DNA of 64,000 nt from Eledone cirrhosa (lineage: Eukaryota). Position numbers and translations under genes: made by a program. Shown here in pieces: positions 30,701-45,500 of the stretch. The notes below the pieces were generated by a model. That model was not told where the DNA came from. It did no database searches and saw only the letters and a list, made by a program, of their open reading frames with translations. Within the stretch, counting starts at the first letter, position 1; every line of letters begins with the position of its first letter. The stretch covers positions 270,754,001-270,818,000 of the forward strand of contig OZ024743.1 in the NCBI GenBank assembly GCA_964016885.1, given 5' to 3'.

Positions 30701-33700
30701 TATACCGCCAGAGTGATATACCGCCAGTGTGATATACCGCCTGAGTGATATACCGCCAGAGTGATATACCGCCTCAGTTATATACCGCCAGAGTGATATA
30801 CAGCCAGAGTGATATACCGCCAGAGTTATATACCGCCAGAGTGATATACCGCCAGAGTGATATACCGTCAGAGTGATATACCGCCAGAGTGATATACCGC
30901 CAGAGTGATATACCGCCAGAGTGATATACAGCCAGAGTGATATTTCGCCAGAGTGATATACCGCCAGAGTGATATACCCCCAGAGTGACATACCGCCAGA
31001 TTGATATACAGCCAGAGTGATATACCGCCAGTGTGATATACCGCCAGAGTGATATACCGCCAGGGTGACATACCGCCAGAGTGATATACAGCCAGAGTGA
31101 TATACCGCCAGAGGGATATACCGCCAGAGTGATATACCGCCTCATTTATATACCGCCAGAGTGATATACAGCCACAGTGATATACCGCCAGAGTTATATA
31201 CCGCCAGAGTGATATACCGCGAGGGTGATATACCGCCAGAGTGATATACCGCCAGAGTGATATACAGCCAGAGTGATATACCGCCATAGTGATATACCGC
31301 CAGAGTGATATACAGCCAGAGTGATATACCGCCAGAGTGATACACCGCCAGAGTGATATACCGCCAGAGTGATATACAGCCAGAGTGATATACAGCCAGA
31401 GTGATATACCGCCAGAGTGATACACCGCCAGAGTGATATACCGCCAGAGTGATATACAGCCAGAGTGATATACAGCCAGAGTGATATACCGCAAGAGTGA
31501 TATACCGCCAGAGTGATATACCGCCAGAGTGATATACAGCCAGAGTGATATACCGCCAGGGTGATATTTCGCCAGAGTGATATACCGCCAGAGTGATATA
31601 CCGCCAGAGTGATATACCGCCAGAGTGATATACCGCCAAAGTGATATACAGCCAGAGTGATATACAGCCAGCGTGATATACGGCCAGAGTGATATACCGC
31701 AAGAGTGATATACCGCCAGAGTGATATACCGCCAGAGTGATATACAGCCAGAGTGATATACCGCCAGAGTGATATACCGCCAGAGTGATATTTCGCCAGA
31801 GTGATATACCGCCAGAGTGATATACCGCCAGAGTGATATACCGCCAGAGTGATATACCGCCAGAGTGATATACCGCCAGAGTGATATACCGCCAGTGTGA
31901 TATACCGCCAGAGTGATATACCGCCAGTCTGATATACCGCCAGACTGAAATACAGCCAGAGTGATATACCGCCAGAGTGATATACCGCCAGAGTGATATA
32001 CAGCCAGAGTGATATACAGCCAGAGTGATATACAGCCAGAAGATATACCGCCAGAGTGATATAACGCCAGGTTTATATACAGCCAGAGTGATATACCGCC
32101 TCAGTTATATACCGCCAGAGTGATATACCGCCAGAGTGATATACAGCCAGAGTGATATACCGCCAGAGTGATATACCGCCAGAGTGATATACCGCCAGAG
32201 TGATATACCGCCAGAGTGATATACCGCCAGAGTGATATAGAGCCAGAGTGATATACCGCCAAAGTGATATACCGCCAGAGTGATATACAGCCAGAGTGAT
32301 AAACAGCCAGAGTGATATACCGCCAGAGTGATATACAGCCAGAGTGATATACCGCCTCAGTTATATACCGCCAGAGTGATATACAGCCAGAGTGATATAC
32401 CGCCAGAGTGATATACCGCCAGAGTTATATACCGCCAGAGTGATATACCGCCAGAGTGATATACAGCCAGAGTGATATACCGCCAGAGTGATATACCGCC
32501 AGAGTGATATACAGCCAGAGTGATAAACAGCCAGAGTGATATACCGCCAGAGTGATATACAGCCAGAATGATATACAGCCAGAGTGATATACAGCCAGAG
32601 TGATATACCCCCAGTGTGATATACCGCCAGAGTGATATACCGCCAGAGTCATATACAGCCAGTGTGATATACCGCCAGAGTGATATACAGCCAGAGTGAT
32701 ATACCCCCAGAGTGATATACCGCCAGAGTGATATACAGCCAGAGTGATATACCGCCAGAGTGATATACAGCCAGAGTGATATACCGACAGAGTGATATAC
32801 AGCCAGAGTGATATACCGCCAGAGTGATATACCGCCAGAGTGATATACAGCCAGAGTGATATCCCGCCAGAGTGATATACAGCCAGAGTGATATACCGCG
32901 AGAGTGATATACCGCCAGTGTGATATACCGCCAGAGTGATATACCGCCAGAGTTATATACAGCCAGAGTGATATACCGCCAGAGTCATATACCGCCAGAG
33001 TGATATTTCGCCAGAGTGATATACCGCCAGAGTGATATACCGCTAGAGTGATATACTGCCAGAGTGATATACCGCCAGAGTGATATACCGCCAGAGTGAT
33101 ATACCGCCAGAGTGATATACAGCCAGAGTGATATTTCGCCAGAGTGATATACCGCCAGAGTGATATACCGCCAGAGTGATATGCCGCCAGAGTAATATAC
33201 AGCCAGAGTGATATACCGCCAGTGTGATGTACCGCCAGAGTGATATACCGCCAGTGTGATATACCGCCAGAGTGATATACCGCCAGTGTGATATACCGCC
33301 TGAGTGATATACCGCCAGAGTGATATACCGCCTCAGTTATATACCGCCAGAGTGATATACAGCCAGAGTGATATACCGCCAGAGTTATATACCGCCAGAG
33401 TGATATACAGCCAGTGTGATATACCGCCAGAGTGGTATACCGCCAGAGTGATATACCGCCAGAGTGATATACCGCCAGAGTGATATACCGCCATTGTGAT
33501 ATACAGCCAGAGTGATATACAGCCAGAGTGATATACCGCCAGAGTGATATACCGCCAGAGTGATATACAGCCAGAGTGATATACCGCCAGAGTGATATAC
33601 AGCCAGAGTGATATACCGCCAGAGTGACATACAGCCAGAGTGATATACCGGCAGAGTGATATACAGCCAGAGTGATATACCGCCAGAGTGATATAGCGCC

Positions 33701-36700
33701 AGAGTGATATACCGCCAGAGTGATATACCGCCAGAGTGATATACAGCCAGCGTGATATACGGCCAGCGTGATATACGGCCAGAGTGATATACTGCCAGAG
33801 TGATATACCGCCAGAGTGATATACCGCCAGAGTGATATACAGCCAGAGTGATATACCGCCAGAGTGATATACCACCAGAGTGATATACGGCTATAGTGAT
33901 ATACCGCCAGAGTTATATACAGCCAGAGTGATATACCGCCAGAGTGATATACCGCCAGAGTGATATACCGCCAGAGTGATATACGGCTATAGTGATATAC
34001 CGCCACAGTTATATACAGCCAGAGTGATATACCGCCAGAGTGATATAGGGCCAGAGTGATATACAGCCAGAGTGATATACAGCCTCAGTTATATAACGCC
34101 AGAGTGATATACAGCCAGAGTGATATACCGCCAGAGTTATATACCGCCAGAGTGATATACCGCCAGAGTGATATACCGCCAGAGTGATATACAGCCAGAG
34201 TGATATACCGCCAGAGTGATATAACGCCAGAGTTATATACAGCCAGAGTGATATACCGCCAGAGTGATATACCGCCAGAGTGATATACCGCCAGTGTGAT
34301 ATACAGCCAGAGTGATATACAGCCAGAGTGATATACCGCCAGAGTGATATACAGCCAGAGTGATATACTGCCAGAGTGATATACAGCCAGAGTGATATAC
34401 CGCCAGAGTTATATACAGCCAGAGTGATATACAGCCAGAGTGATATACCGCCAGAGTGATATACCGCCAGACTGATATACAGCCAGAGTGATATACTGCC
34501 AGAGTGATATACCGCCAGAGTGATATACAGCCAGAGTGATATACCGCCAGAGTGATATACAGCCAGAGTGATATACCGCCAGAGTGATATACCGCCAGAG
34601 TGATATTTCGCCAGAGTGATATACCGCCAGAGTGATATACCGCCAGAGTGATATACCGCCAGAGTGAAATACCGGCAGAGTGATATACCGCCAGAGTGAT
34701 ATACCGCCAGAGTGATATACCGCCAGAGTGATATACCGCCAGAGTGACATACAGCCAGAGTGATATACCGGCAGACTGATATACAGCCAGAGTGATATAC
34801 CGACAGAGTGATATAGCTCCAGAGTGATATACCGCCAGAGTGATATACCGCCAGAGTGATATACAGCCAGCGTGATATACGGCCAGCGTGATATACGGCC
34901 AGAGTGATATACCGCCAGAGTGATATACCGCCAGAATGATATACCGCCAGAGTGATATACAGACAGAGTGATATACCGCCAGAGTGATATACCACCAGAG
35001 TGATATACGGCTATAGTGATATACCGCCAGAGTTATATACAGCCAGAGTGATATACCGCCAGAGTGATATACCGCCAGAGTGATATACCGCCAGAGTGAT
35101 ATACGGCTATAGTGATATACCGCCAGAGTTATATACAGCCAGAGTGATATACCGCCAGAGTGATATAGGGCCAGAGTGATATACAGCCAGAGTGATATAC
35201 AGCCAGAGTGATATACAACCAGCGTGATATACAGCCAGAGTGATATACCGCCAGAGTGATATACCGCCAGAGTGATATACAGCCAGACTGATATACGGCC
35301 CGAGTGATATACCGCCAGAGTGATATACAGCCAGAGTGATATTTCGCCAGAGTGATATACCACCAGAGGGATATACCGCCAGAGTGATATACAGCCAGAG
35401 TGATATACAGTCAGAGTGATATAGCGCCAGAGTGATATACAGCCAGAGTGATATACCGCCAGAGTGATAAACAGCCAGAGTGATATACCGCCAGAGTGAT
35501 ATACCGCCAGAGTGATATACCGCCAGAGTGATATACCGCCAGAGTGATATTTCGCCAGAGTGATATACCGTCAGAGTGATATACCGCCAGAGTGATATAC
35601 AGCCAGAGTGATATACCGCGAGAGTGATATACCGCCAGTGTGATATACCGCCAGAGTGATATACCGCCAGAGTTATATACAGCCAGACTGATATACCGCC
35701 AGAGTGATATACCGCCAGAGTGATATACCGCCAGAGTGGTATACCGTCAGAGTGATATACAGCAAGAGTGATATACCGCCAGAGTCATATACCGCCAGAG
35801 TGATATACCGCCAGAGTGATATACCGCCAGAGTGATATACAGCCAGAGTGATATTTCGCCAGAGTGATATACCGCCAGAGTGATATACCGCCGGAGTGAT
35901 ATACCGCCAGAGTGATATACAGCCAGAGTGATATACCGCCAGAGTGATATACCGCCAGAGTGATATACAGCCAGTGTGATATACCGCCAGAGTGGTATAC
36001 CGACAGAGTGATATACAGCCAATGTGATATACCGCCAGAGAGATATATAGCCAGAGTGATATTCCGCCAGAGTGATATACAGCCAGAGTGATATTTCGCC
36101 AGAGTGATATACCACCAGAGTGATATACCGCCAGAGTGATATACCACCAGAGTGATATACTGCCAGAGTGATATACCACCAGAGTGATATCCCGTCAGAG
36201 TGATATACAGCCAGAGTGATATACAGCCAGTGTGATATACCGCCAGAGTGATATACAGCCAGAGTGATATACCGACAGAGTGATATACAGCCAGAGTGAT
36301 ATACAGCCAGAGTGATATACCGCCAGAGTGATATACCGCCAGAGTGATATACAGCCAGAGTGATATCCCGCCAGAGTGATATACAGCCAGAGTGATATAC
36401 CGCCAGAGTGATATACCGCCAGTGTGATATACCGCCAGAGTGATATACCGCCAGAGTTATATACAGCCAGAGTGATATACCGCCAGAGTCATATACCGCC
36501 AGAGTGATATTTCGCCAGAGTGATATACCGCCAGAGTGATATACCGCCAGAGTGATATACCGCCAGAGTGATATACCGTCAGAGTGATATACCGCCAGAG
36601 TGATATACCGCCAGAGTGATATACCGCCAGAGTGATATTTCGCCAGAGTGATATACCGCCAGAGTGATATACCCCCAGAGTGACATACCGCCAGATTGAT

Positions 36701-39700
36701 ATACAGCCAGAGTGATATACCGCCAGAGTGATATACCGCCAGTGTGATATACCGCCAGAGTGATATACCGCCAGGGTGACATACCGCCAGAGTGATATAC
36801 AGCCAGAGTGATATACCGCCAGAGGGATATACCGCCAGAGTGATATACAGCCAGAGTGATATACCGCCTCATTTATATACCGCCAGAGTGATATACAGCC
36901 ACAGTGATATACCGCCAGAGTTATATACCGCCAGAGTGATATACCGCGAGGGTGATATACCGCCAGAGTGATATACCGCCAGAGTGATATACAGCCAGAG
37001 TGATATACCGCCATAGTGATATACCGCCAGAGTGATATACAGCCAGAGTGATATACCGCCAGAGTGATACACCGCCAGAGTGATATACCGCCAGAGTGAT
37101 ATACAGCCAGAGTGATATACAGCCAGAGTGATATACCGCCAGAGTGATACACCGCCAGAGTGATATACCGCCAGAGTGATATACAGCCAGAGTGATATAC
37201 AGCCAGAGTGATATACCGCAAGAGTGATATACCGCCAGAGTGATATACCGCCAGAGTGATATACAGCCAGAGTGATATACCGCCAGAGTGATATACCGCC
37301 AGGGTGATATTTCGCCAGAGTGATATACCGCCAGAGTGATATACCGCCAGAGTGATATACCGCCAGAGTGATATACCGCCAAAGTGATATACAGCCAGAG
37401 TGATATACAGCCAGCGTGATATACGGCCAGAGTGATATACCGCAAGAGTGATATACCGCCAGAGTGATATACCGCCAGAGTGATATACAGCCAGAGTGAT
37501 ATACCGCCAGAGTGATATACCGCCAGAGTGATATTTCGCCAGAGTGATATGCCGCCAGAGTGATATACCGCCAGAGTGATATACCGCCAGAGTGATATAC
37601 CGCCAGAGTGATATACCGCCAGAGTGATATACCGCCAGTGTGATATACCGCCAGAGTGATATACCGCCAGTCTGATATACCGCCAGACTGAAATACAGCC
37701 AGAGTGATATACCGCCAGAGTGATATACCGCCAGAGTGATATACAGCCAGAGTGATATACAGCCAGAGTGATATACAGCCAGAAGATATACCGCCAGAGT
37801 GATATAACGCCAGGTTTATATACAGCCAGAGTGATATACCGCCTCAGTTATATACCGCCAGAGTGATATACAGCCAGAGTGATATACAGCCAGAGTGATA
37901 TACCGCCAGAGTGATATACCGCCAGAGTGATATACCGCCAGAGTGATATACCGCCAGAGTGATATAGAGCCAGAGTGATATACCGCCAGAGTGATATACC
38001 GCCAGAGTGATATACAGCCAGAGTGATAAACAGCCAGAGTGATATACCGCCAGAGTGATATACAGCCAGAGTGATATACCGCCTCAGTTATATACCGCCA
38101 GAGTGATATACAGCCAGAGTGATATACCGCCAGAGTGATATACCGCCAGAGTTATATACCGCCAGATTGATATACCGCCAGAGTGATATACAGCCAGAGT
38201 GATATACCGCCAGAGTGATATACCGCCAGAGTGATATACAGCCAGAGTGATAAACAGCCAGAGTGATATACCGCCAGAATGATATACAGCCAGAGTGATA
38301 TACAGCCAGAGTGATATACAGCCAGAGTGATATACCCCCAGTGTGATATACCGCCAGAGTGATATACCGCCAGAGTCATATACAGCCAGTGTGATATACC
38401 GCCAGAGTGATATACAGCCAGAGTGATATACCCCCAGAGTGATATACCGCCAGAGTGATATACAGCCAGAGTGATATACCGCCAGAGTGATATAGCGCCA
38501 GAGTGATATACTGCCAGAGTGATATACCGCCAGAGTGATATACCGCCAGTGTGATATACAGCCAGAGTGATATACAGCCAGAGTGATATACAGCCAGGGT
38601 GATATACCGCCAGAGTGATATACAGCCAGAGTGATATACCGACAGAGTGATATACAGCCAGAGTGATATACCGCCAGAGTGATATACCGCCAGAGTGATA
38701 TACAGCCAGAGTGATATCCCGCCAGAGTGATATACAGCCAGAGTGATATACCGCCAGAGTGATATACCGCCAGTGTGATATACCGCCAGAGTGATATACC
38801 GCCAGAGTGATATAGCGGCAGAGTGATATACCGCCAGAGTCATATACCGCCAGAGTGATATTTCGCCAGAGTGATATACCGCCAGAGTGATATACCGCTA
38901 GAGTGATATACCGCCAGAGTGATATACCGTCAGAGTGATATACCGCCAGAGTGATATACCGCCAGAGTGATATACCGCCAGAGTGATATACAGCCAGAGT
39001 GATATTTCGCCAGAGTGATATACCGCCAGAGTGATATACCGCCAGAGTGATATGCCGCCAGAGTAATATACAGCCAGAGTGATATACCGCCAGTGTGATG
39101 TACCGCCAGAGTGATATACCGCCAGTGTGATATACCGCCAGAGTGATATACCGCCAGTGTGATATACCGCCTGAGTGATATACCGCCAGAGTGATATACC
39201 GCCTCAGTTATATACCGCCAGAGTGATATACAGCCAGAGTGATATACCGCCAGAGTTATATACCGCCAGAGTGATATACCGCCAGAGTGATATACCGTCA
39301 GAGTGATATACCGCCAGAGTGATATACCGCCAGAGTGATATACCGCCAGAGTGATATACAGCCAGAGTGATATTTCGCCAGAGTGATATACCGCCAGAGT
39401 GATATACCCCCAGAGTGACATACCGCCAGATTGATATACAGCCAGAGTGATATACCGCCAGTGTGATATACCGCCAGAGTGATATACCGCCAGGGTGACA
39501 TACCGCCAGAGTGATATACAGCCAGAGTGATATACCGCCAGAGGGATATACCGCCAGAGTGATATACCGCCTCATTTATATACCGCCAGAGTGATATACA
39601 GCCACAGTGATATACCGCCAGAGTTATATACCGCCAGAGTGATATACCGCGAGGGTGATATACCGCCAGAGTGATATACCGCCAGAGTGATATACAGCCA

Positions 39701-42540
39701 GAGTGATATACCGCCATAGTGATATACCGCCAGAGTGATATACAGCCAGAGTGATATACCGCCAGAGTGATACACCGCCAGAGTGATATACCGCCAGAGT
39801 GATATACAGCCAGAGTGATATACAGCCAGAGTGATATACCGCCAGAGTGATACACCGCCAGAGTGATATACCGCCAGAGTGATATACAGCCAGAGTGATA
39901 TACAGCCAGAGTGATATACCGCAAGAGTGATATACCGCCAGAGTGATATACCGCCAGAGTGATATACAGCCAGAGTGATATACCGCCAGAGTGATATACC
40001 GCCAGGGTGATATTTCGCCAGAGTGATATACCGCCAGAGTGATATACCGCCAGAGTGATATACCGCCAGAGTGATATACCGCCAAAGTGATATACAGCCA
40101 GAGTGATATACAGCCAGCGTGATATACGGCCAGAGTGATATACCGCAAGAGTGATATACCGCCAGAGTGATATACCGCCAGAGTGATATACAGCCAGAGT
40201 GATATACCGCCAGAGTGATATACCGCCAGAGTGATATTTCGCCAGAGTGATATACCGCCAGAGTGATATACCGCCAGAGTGATATACCGCCAGAGTGATA
40301 TACCGCCAGAGTGATATACCGCCAGAGTGATATACCGCCAGTGTGATATACCGCCAGAGTGATATACCGCCAGTCTGATATACCGCCAGACTGAAATACA
40401 GCCAGAGTGATATACCGCCAGAGTGATATACCGCCAGAGTGATATACAGCCAGAGTGATATACAGCCAGAGTGATATACAGCCAGAAGATATACCGCCAG
40501 AGTGATATAACGCCAGGTTTATATACAGCCAGAGTGATATACCGCCTCAGTTATATACCGCCAGAGTGATATACAGCCAGAGTGATATACAGCCAGAGTG
40601 ATATACCGCCAGAGTGATATACCGCCAGAGTGATATACCGCCAGAGTGATATACCGCCAGAGTGATATACCGCCAGAGTGATATAGAGCCAGAGTGATAT
40701 ACCGCCAGAGTGATATACCGCCAGAGTGATATACAGCCAGAGTGATAAACAGCCAGAGTGATATACCGCCAGAGTGATATACAGCCAGAGTGATATACCG
40801 CCTCAGTTATATACCGCCAGAGTGATATACAGCCAGAGTGATATACCGCCAGAGTGATATACCGCCAGAGTTATATACCGCCAGAGTGATATACCGCCAG
40901 AGTGATATACAGCCAGAGTGATATACCGCCAGAGTGATATACCGCCAGAGTGATATACAGCCAGAGTGATAAACAGCCAGAGTGATATACCGCCAGAGTG
41001 ATATACAGCCAGAATGATATACAGCCAGAGTGATATACAGCCAGAGTGATATACCCCCAGTGTGATATACCGCCAGAGTGATATACCGCCAGAGTCATAT
41101 ACAGCCAGTGTGATATACCGCCAGAGTGATATACAGCCAGAGTGATATACCCCCAGAGTGATATACCGCCAGAGTGATATACAGCCAGAGTGATATACCG
41201 CCAGAGTGATATACAGCCAGAGTGATATACCGACAGAGTGATATACAGCCAGAGTGATATACCGCCAGAGTGATATACCGCCAGAGTGATATACAGCCAG
41301 AGTGATATCCCGCCAGAGTGATATACAGCCAGAGTGATATACCGCCAGAGTGATATACCGCCAGTGTGATATACCGCCAGAGTGATATACCGCCAGAGTT
41401 ATATACAGCCAGAGTGATATACCGCCAGAGTCATATACCGCCAGAGTGATATTTCGCCAGAGTGATATACCGCCAGAGTGATATACCGCTAGAGTGATAT
41501 ACTGCCAGAGTGATATACCGTCAGAGTGATATACCGCCAGAGTGATATACCGCCAGAGTGATATACCGCCAGAGTGATATACAGCCAGAGTGATATTTCG
41601 CCAGAGTGATATACCGCCAGAGTGATATACCGCCAGAGTGATATGCCGCCAGAGTAATATACAGCCAGAGTGATATACCGCCAGTGTGATGTACCGCCAG
41701 AGTGATATACCGCCAGTGTGATATACCGCCAGAGTGATATACCGCCAGTGTGATATACCGCCTGAGTGATATACCGCCAGAGTGATATACCGCCTCAGTT
41801 ATATACCGCCAGAGTGATATACAGCCAGAGTGATATACCGCCAGAGTTATATACCGCCAGAGTGATATACAGCCAGTGTGATATACCGCCAGAGTGGTAT
41901 ACCGCCAGAGTGATATACCGCCAGAGTGATATACCGCCAGAGTGATATACCGCCATTGTGATATACAGCCAGAGTGATATACAGCCAGAGTGATATACCG
42001 CCAGAGTGATATACCGCCAGAGTGATATACAGCCAGAGTGATATACCGCCAGAGTGATATACAGCCAGAGTGATATACCGCCAGAGTGACATACAGCCAG
42101 AGTGATATACCGGCAGAGTGATATACAGCCAGAGTGATATACCGCCAGAGTGATATAGCGCCAGAGTGATATACCGCCAGAGTGATATACCGCCAGAGTG
42201 ATATACAGCCAGCGTGATATACGGCCAGCGTGATATACGGCCAGAGTGATATACTGCCAGAGTGATATACCGCCAGAGTGATATACCGCCAGAGTGATAT
42301 ACAGCCAGAGTGATATACCGCCAGAGTGATATACCACCAGAGTGATATACGGCTATAGTGATATACCGCCAGAGTTATATACAGCCAGAGTGATATACCG
42401 CCAGAGTGATATACCGCCAGAGTGATATACCGCCAGAGTGATATACGGCTATAGTGATATACCGCCACAGTTATATACAGCCAGAGTGATATACCGCCAG
42501 AGTGATATAGGGCCAGAGTGATATACAGCCAGAGTGATAT
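22535..42540. repeat. Large tandem duplication: about 22535-34084 (11,549 bp) and about 34085-42540 (about 8.45 kb), differing by one 3103-bp HOR B unit
   Basis: Offsets 22860->34409, 24908->36457 and 26229->37778 are 11549. Later offsets are 32425->40871 = 8446 (11549 - 3103) and 33333->41795 = 8462. A chimeric junction monomer ACAGCCTCAGTTATATAACGCC lies at about 34080. Confidence 0.88.
24700..33350. repeat. HOR B: about three copies of a 2.7-3.1 kb unit (2719, 3103 and 2703 bp offsets)
   Basis: Marker GCCAGAAGAT...AACGCCAGGTTTAT at 26229, 29332 (+3103) and 32035 (+2703). CCTCATTTAT at about 25318, 28037 (+2719) and 31140 (+3103). ORF offsets agree (26619->29722->32425). Confidence 0.92.
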
Positions 42541-45500
42541 ACAGCCAGAGTGATATACAAACAGAGTGATATACAGCCAGAGTGATATACCGCCAGAGTG
42601 ATATACCGCCAGAGTGATATACAGCCAGAGTGATATACGGCCCGAGTGATATACCGCCAGAGTGATATACAGCCAGAGTGTTATTTCGCCAGAGTGATAT
42701 ACCACCAGAGGGATATACCGCCAGAGTGATATACAGCCAGAGTGATATACAGTCAGAGTGATATAGCGCCAGAGTGATATACAGCCAGAGTGATATACCG
42801 CCAGAGTGATATACCGCCAGAGTGATATACTGCCAGAGTGATATACCGCCAGAGTGATATACAGCCAGAGTGATATACCGCCAGAGTGATATACCGCCAG
42901 AGTGATATACCGCCAGAGTGATATACGGCCAGAGTGATATACCGCCAGAGTGATATACAGCCAGAGTGATATTTCGCCAGAGTGATATACCGCCAGATGA
43001 TATACCGCCGGAGTGATATACCGCCAGAGTGATATACAGCCAGAGTGATATACCGCCAGAGTGATATACCGCCAGAGTGATATACAGCCAGTGTGATATA
43101 CCGCCAGAGTGGTATACCGCCAGAGTGATATACAGCCAATATGATATACCGCCAGAGTGATATACAGCCAGAGTGATATTCCGCCAGAGTGATATACAGC
43201 CAGAGTGATATACCGCCAGTGTGATATACCGCCAGAGTGATATACCGCCAGAGTGATATGCCGCCAGAGTAATATAGAGCCAGAGTGATATACCGCCAGT
43301 GTAATATACCGCCAGTGTGATGTACCGCCAGAGTGATATACCGCCAGTGTGATATACCGCCAGAGTGATATACCGCCAGTGTGATATACCGCCAGAGTGA
43401 TATACCGCCAGTGTGATATACCGCCTGAGTGATATACCGTCAGAGTGATATACAGCCAGAGTGATATACCGCCAGAGTGATATACCGCCAGAGTGATATA
43501 CCGCCAGAGTGATATACAGCCAGAGTGATATTTCGCCAGAGTGATATACCGCCTGAGTGATATACCGCCAGAGTGATATACCGCCAGAGTGATATACCGC
43601 CGGAGTGATATACCGCCAGAGTGATATACAGCCAGAGTGATATACCGCCAGAGTGATATACCGCCAGAGTGATATACAGCCAATTTGATATACCGCCAGA
43701 GTGATATACAGCCAATTTGATATACCGCCAGAGTGATATACAGCCAGAGTGATATACCGCCAGAGTGATATACCGCCAAAGTGATAATTCGCCAGAGTGA
43801 TATACCGCCAGAGTGATATACCGCCAGAGTGATATACCGCCAGATTGATATACCGCCAAAGTGATATTTCGCCAGAGTGATATACCGCCAGAATGATATA
43901 CCGCCAGAGTGATATACAGCCAGAGTGATATATTCCGCGAGAGTGATATACCGCCAGTGTGATATACCGCCAGAGTGATATACCGCCAGAGTGATATACA
44001 GCCAGAGTGATATACCGCCAGAGTGATATACCGCCAGAGTGATATACCGCCAGAGTGATATACAGCCAGAGTGATATATTCCGCGAGAGTGATATACCGC
44101 CAGTGTGATATACCGCCAGAGTGATATACCGCCAGAGTGATATACAGCCAGAGTGATATACCGCCAGAGTGATATACCGCCAGAGTGATATACCACCAGA
44201 GTGATATACAGCCAGAGTGATATACCGCCAGAGTGATATACCGCCAGAGTGATATTTCGCCAGAGTGATATACCGCCAGAGTGATATACCGCCAGAGTGA
44301 TATACCGCCAGAGTGATATACCGTCAGAGTGATATACAGCCAGAGTGATATACCGCCAGAGTGATATACCGCCAGAGTGATATACCGCCAGAGTGATATA
44401 CAGCCAGAGTGATATTTCGCCAGAGTGATATACCGCCTGAGTGATATACCGCCAGAGTGATATACCGCCAGAGTGATATACCGCCGGAGTGATATACCGC
44501 CAGAGTGATATACAGCCAGAGTGATATACCGCCAGAGTGATATACCGCCAGAGTGATATACAGCCAATTTGATATACCGCCAGAGTGATATACAGCCAGA
44601 GTGATATACCGCCAGAGTGATATACCGCCAAAGTGATATTTCGCCAGAGTGATATACCGCCAGAGTGATATACCGCCAGAGTGATATACAGCCAGAGTGA
44701 TATATTCCGCGAGAGTGATATACCGCCAGTGTGATATACCGCCAGAGTGATATACCGCCAGAGTGATATACAGCCAGAGTGATATACCGTCAGAGTGATA
44801 TACAGCCAGAGTGATATACCGCCAGATTGATATACCGCCATAGTGATATACCGCCAGAGTGATATACCGCCAGAGTGATATACAGCCAGAGTGATATTTC
44901 GCCAGAGTGATATACCGCCAGAGTGATATACCGCCGGAGTTATATACCGCCAGAGTGATATACAGCCAGAGTGATATACCGCCAGAGTGATATACCGCCA
45001 GAGTGATATACAGCCAGTGTGATATACCGCCAGAGTGGTATACCGCCAGAGTGATATACAGCCAATGTGATATACCGCCAGAGTGATATACAGCCAGAGT
45101 GATATTCCGCCTGAGTGATATACAGCCAGAGTGATATACCGCCAGTGTGATATACCGCCAGAGTGATATACCGTCAGAGTGATATGCCGCCAGAGTAATA
45201 TACAGCCAGAGTGATATACCGCCAGTGTGATGTACCGCCAGAGTGATATACCGCCAGTGTGATATACCGCCAGAGTGATATACCGCCAGTGTGATATACC
45301 GCCAGAGTGATATACCGCCAGTGTGATATACCGCCTGAGTGATATACCGCCAGAGTGATATACAGCCAGAGTGATATACCGCCAGAGTGATATACCGCCA
45401 GAGTGATATTTCGCCAGAGTGATATACCGCCAGAGTGATATACCGCCAGAGTGATATACCGCCAGAGTGATATACAGCCAGAGTGATATTTCGCCAGAGT

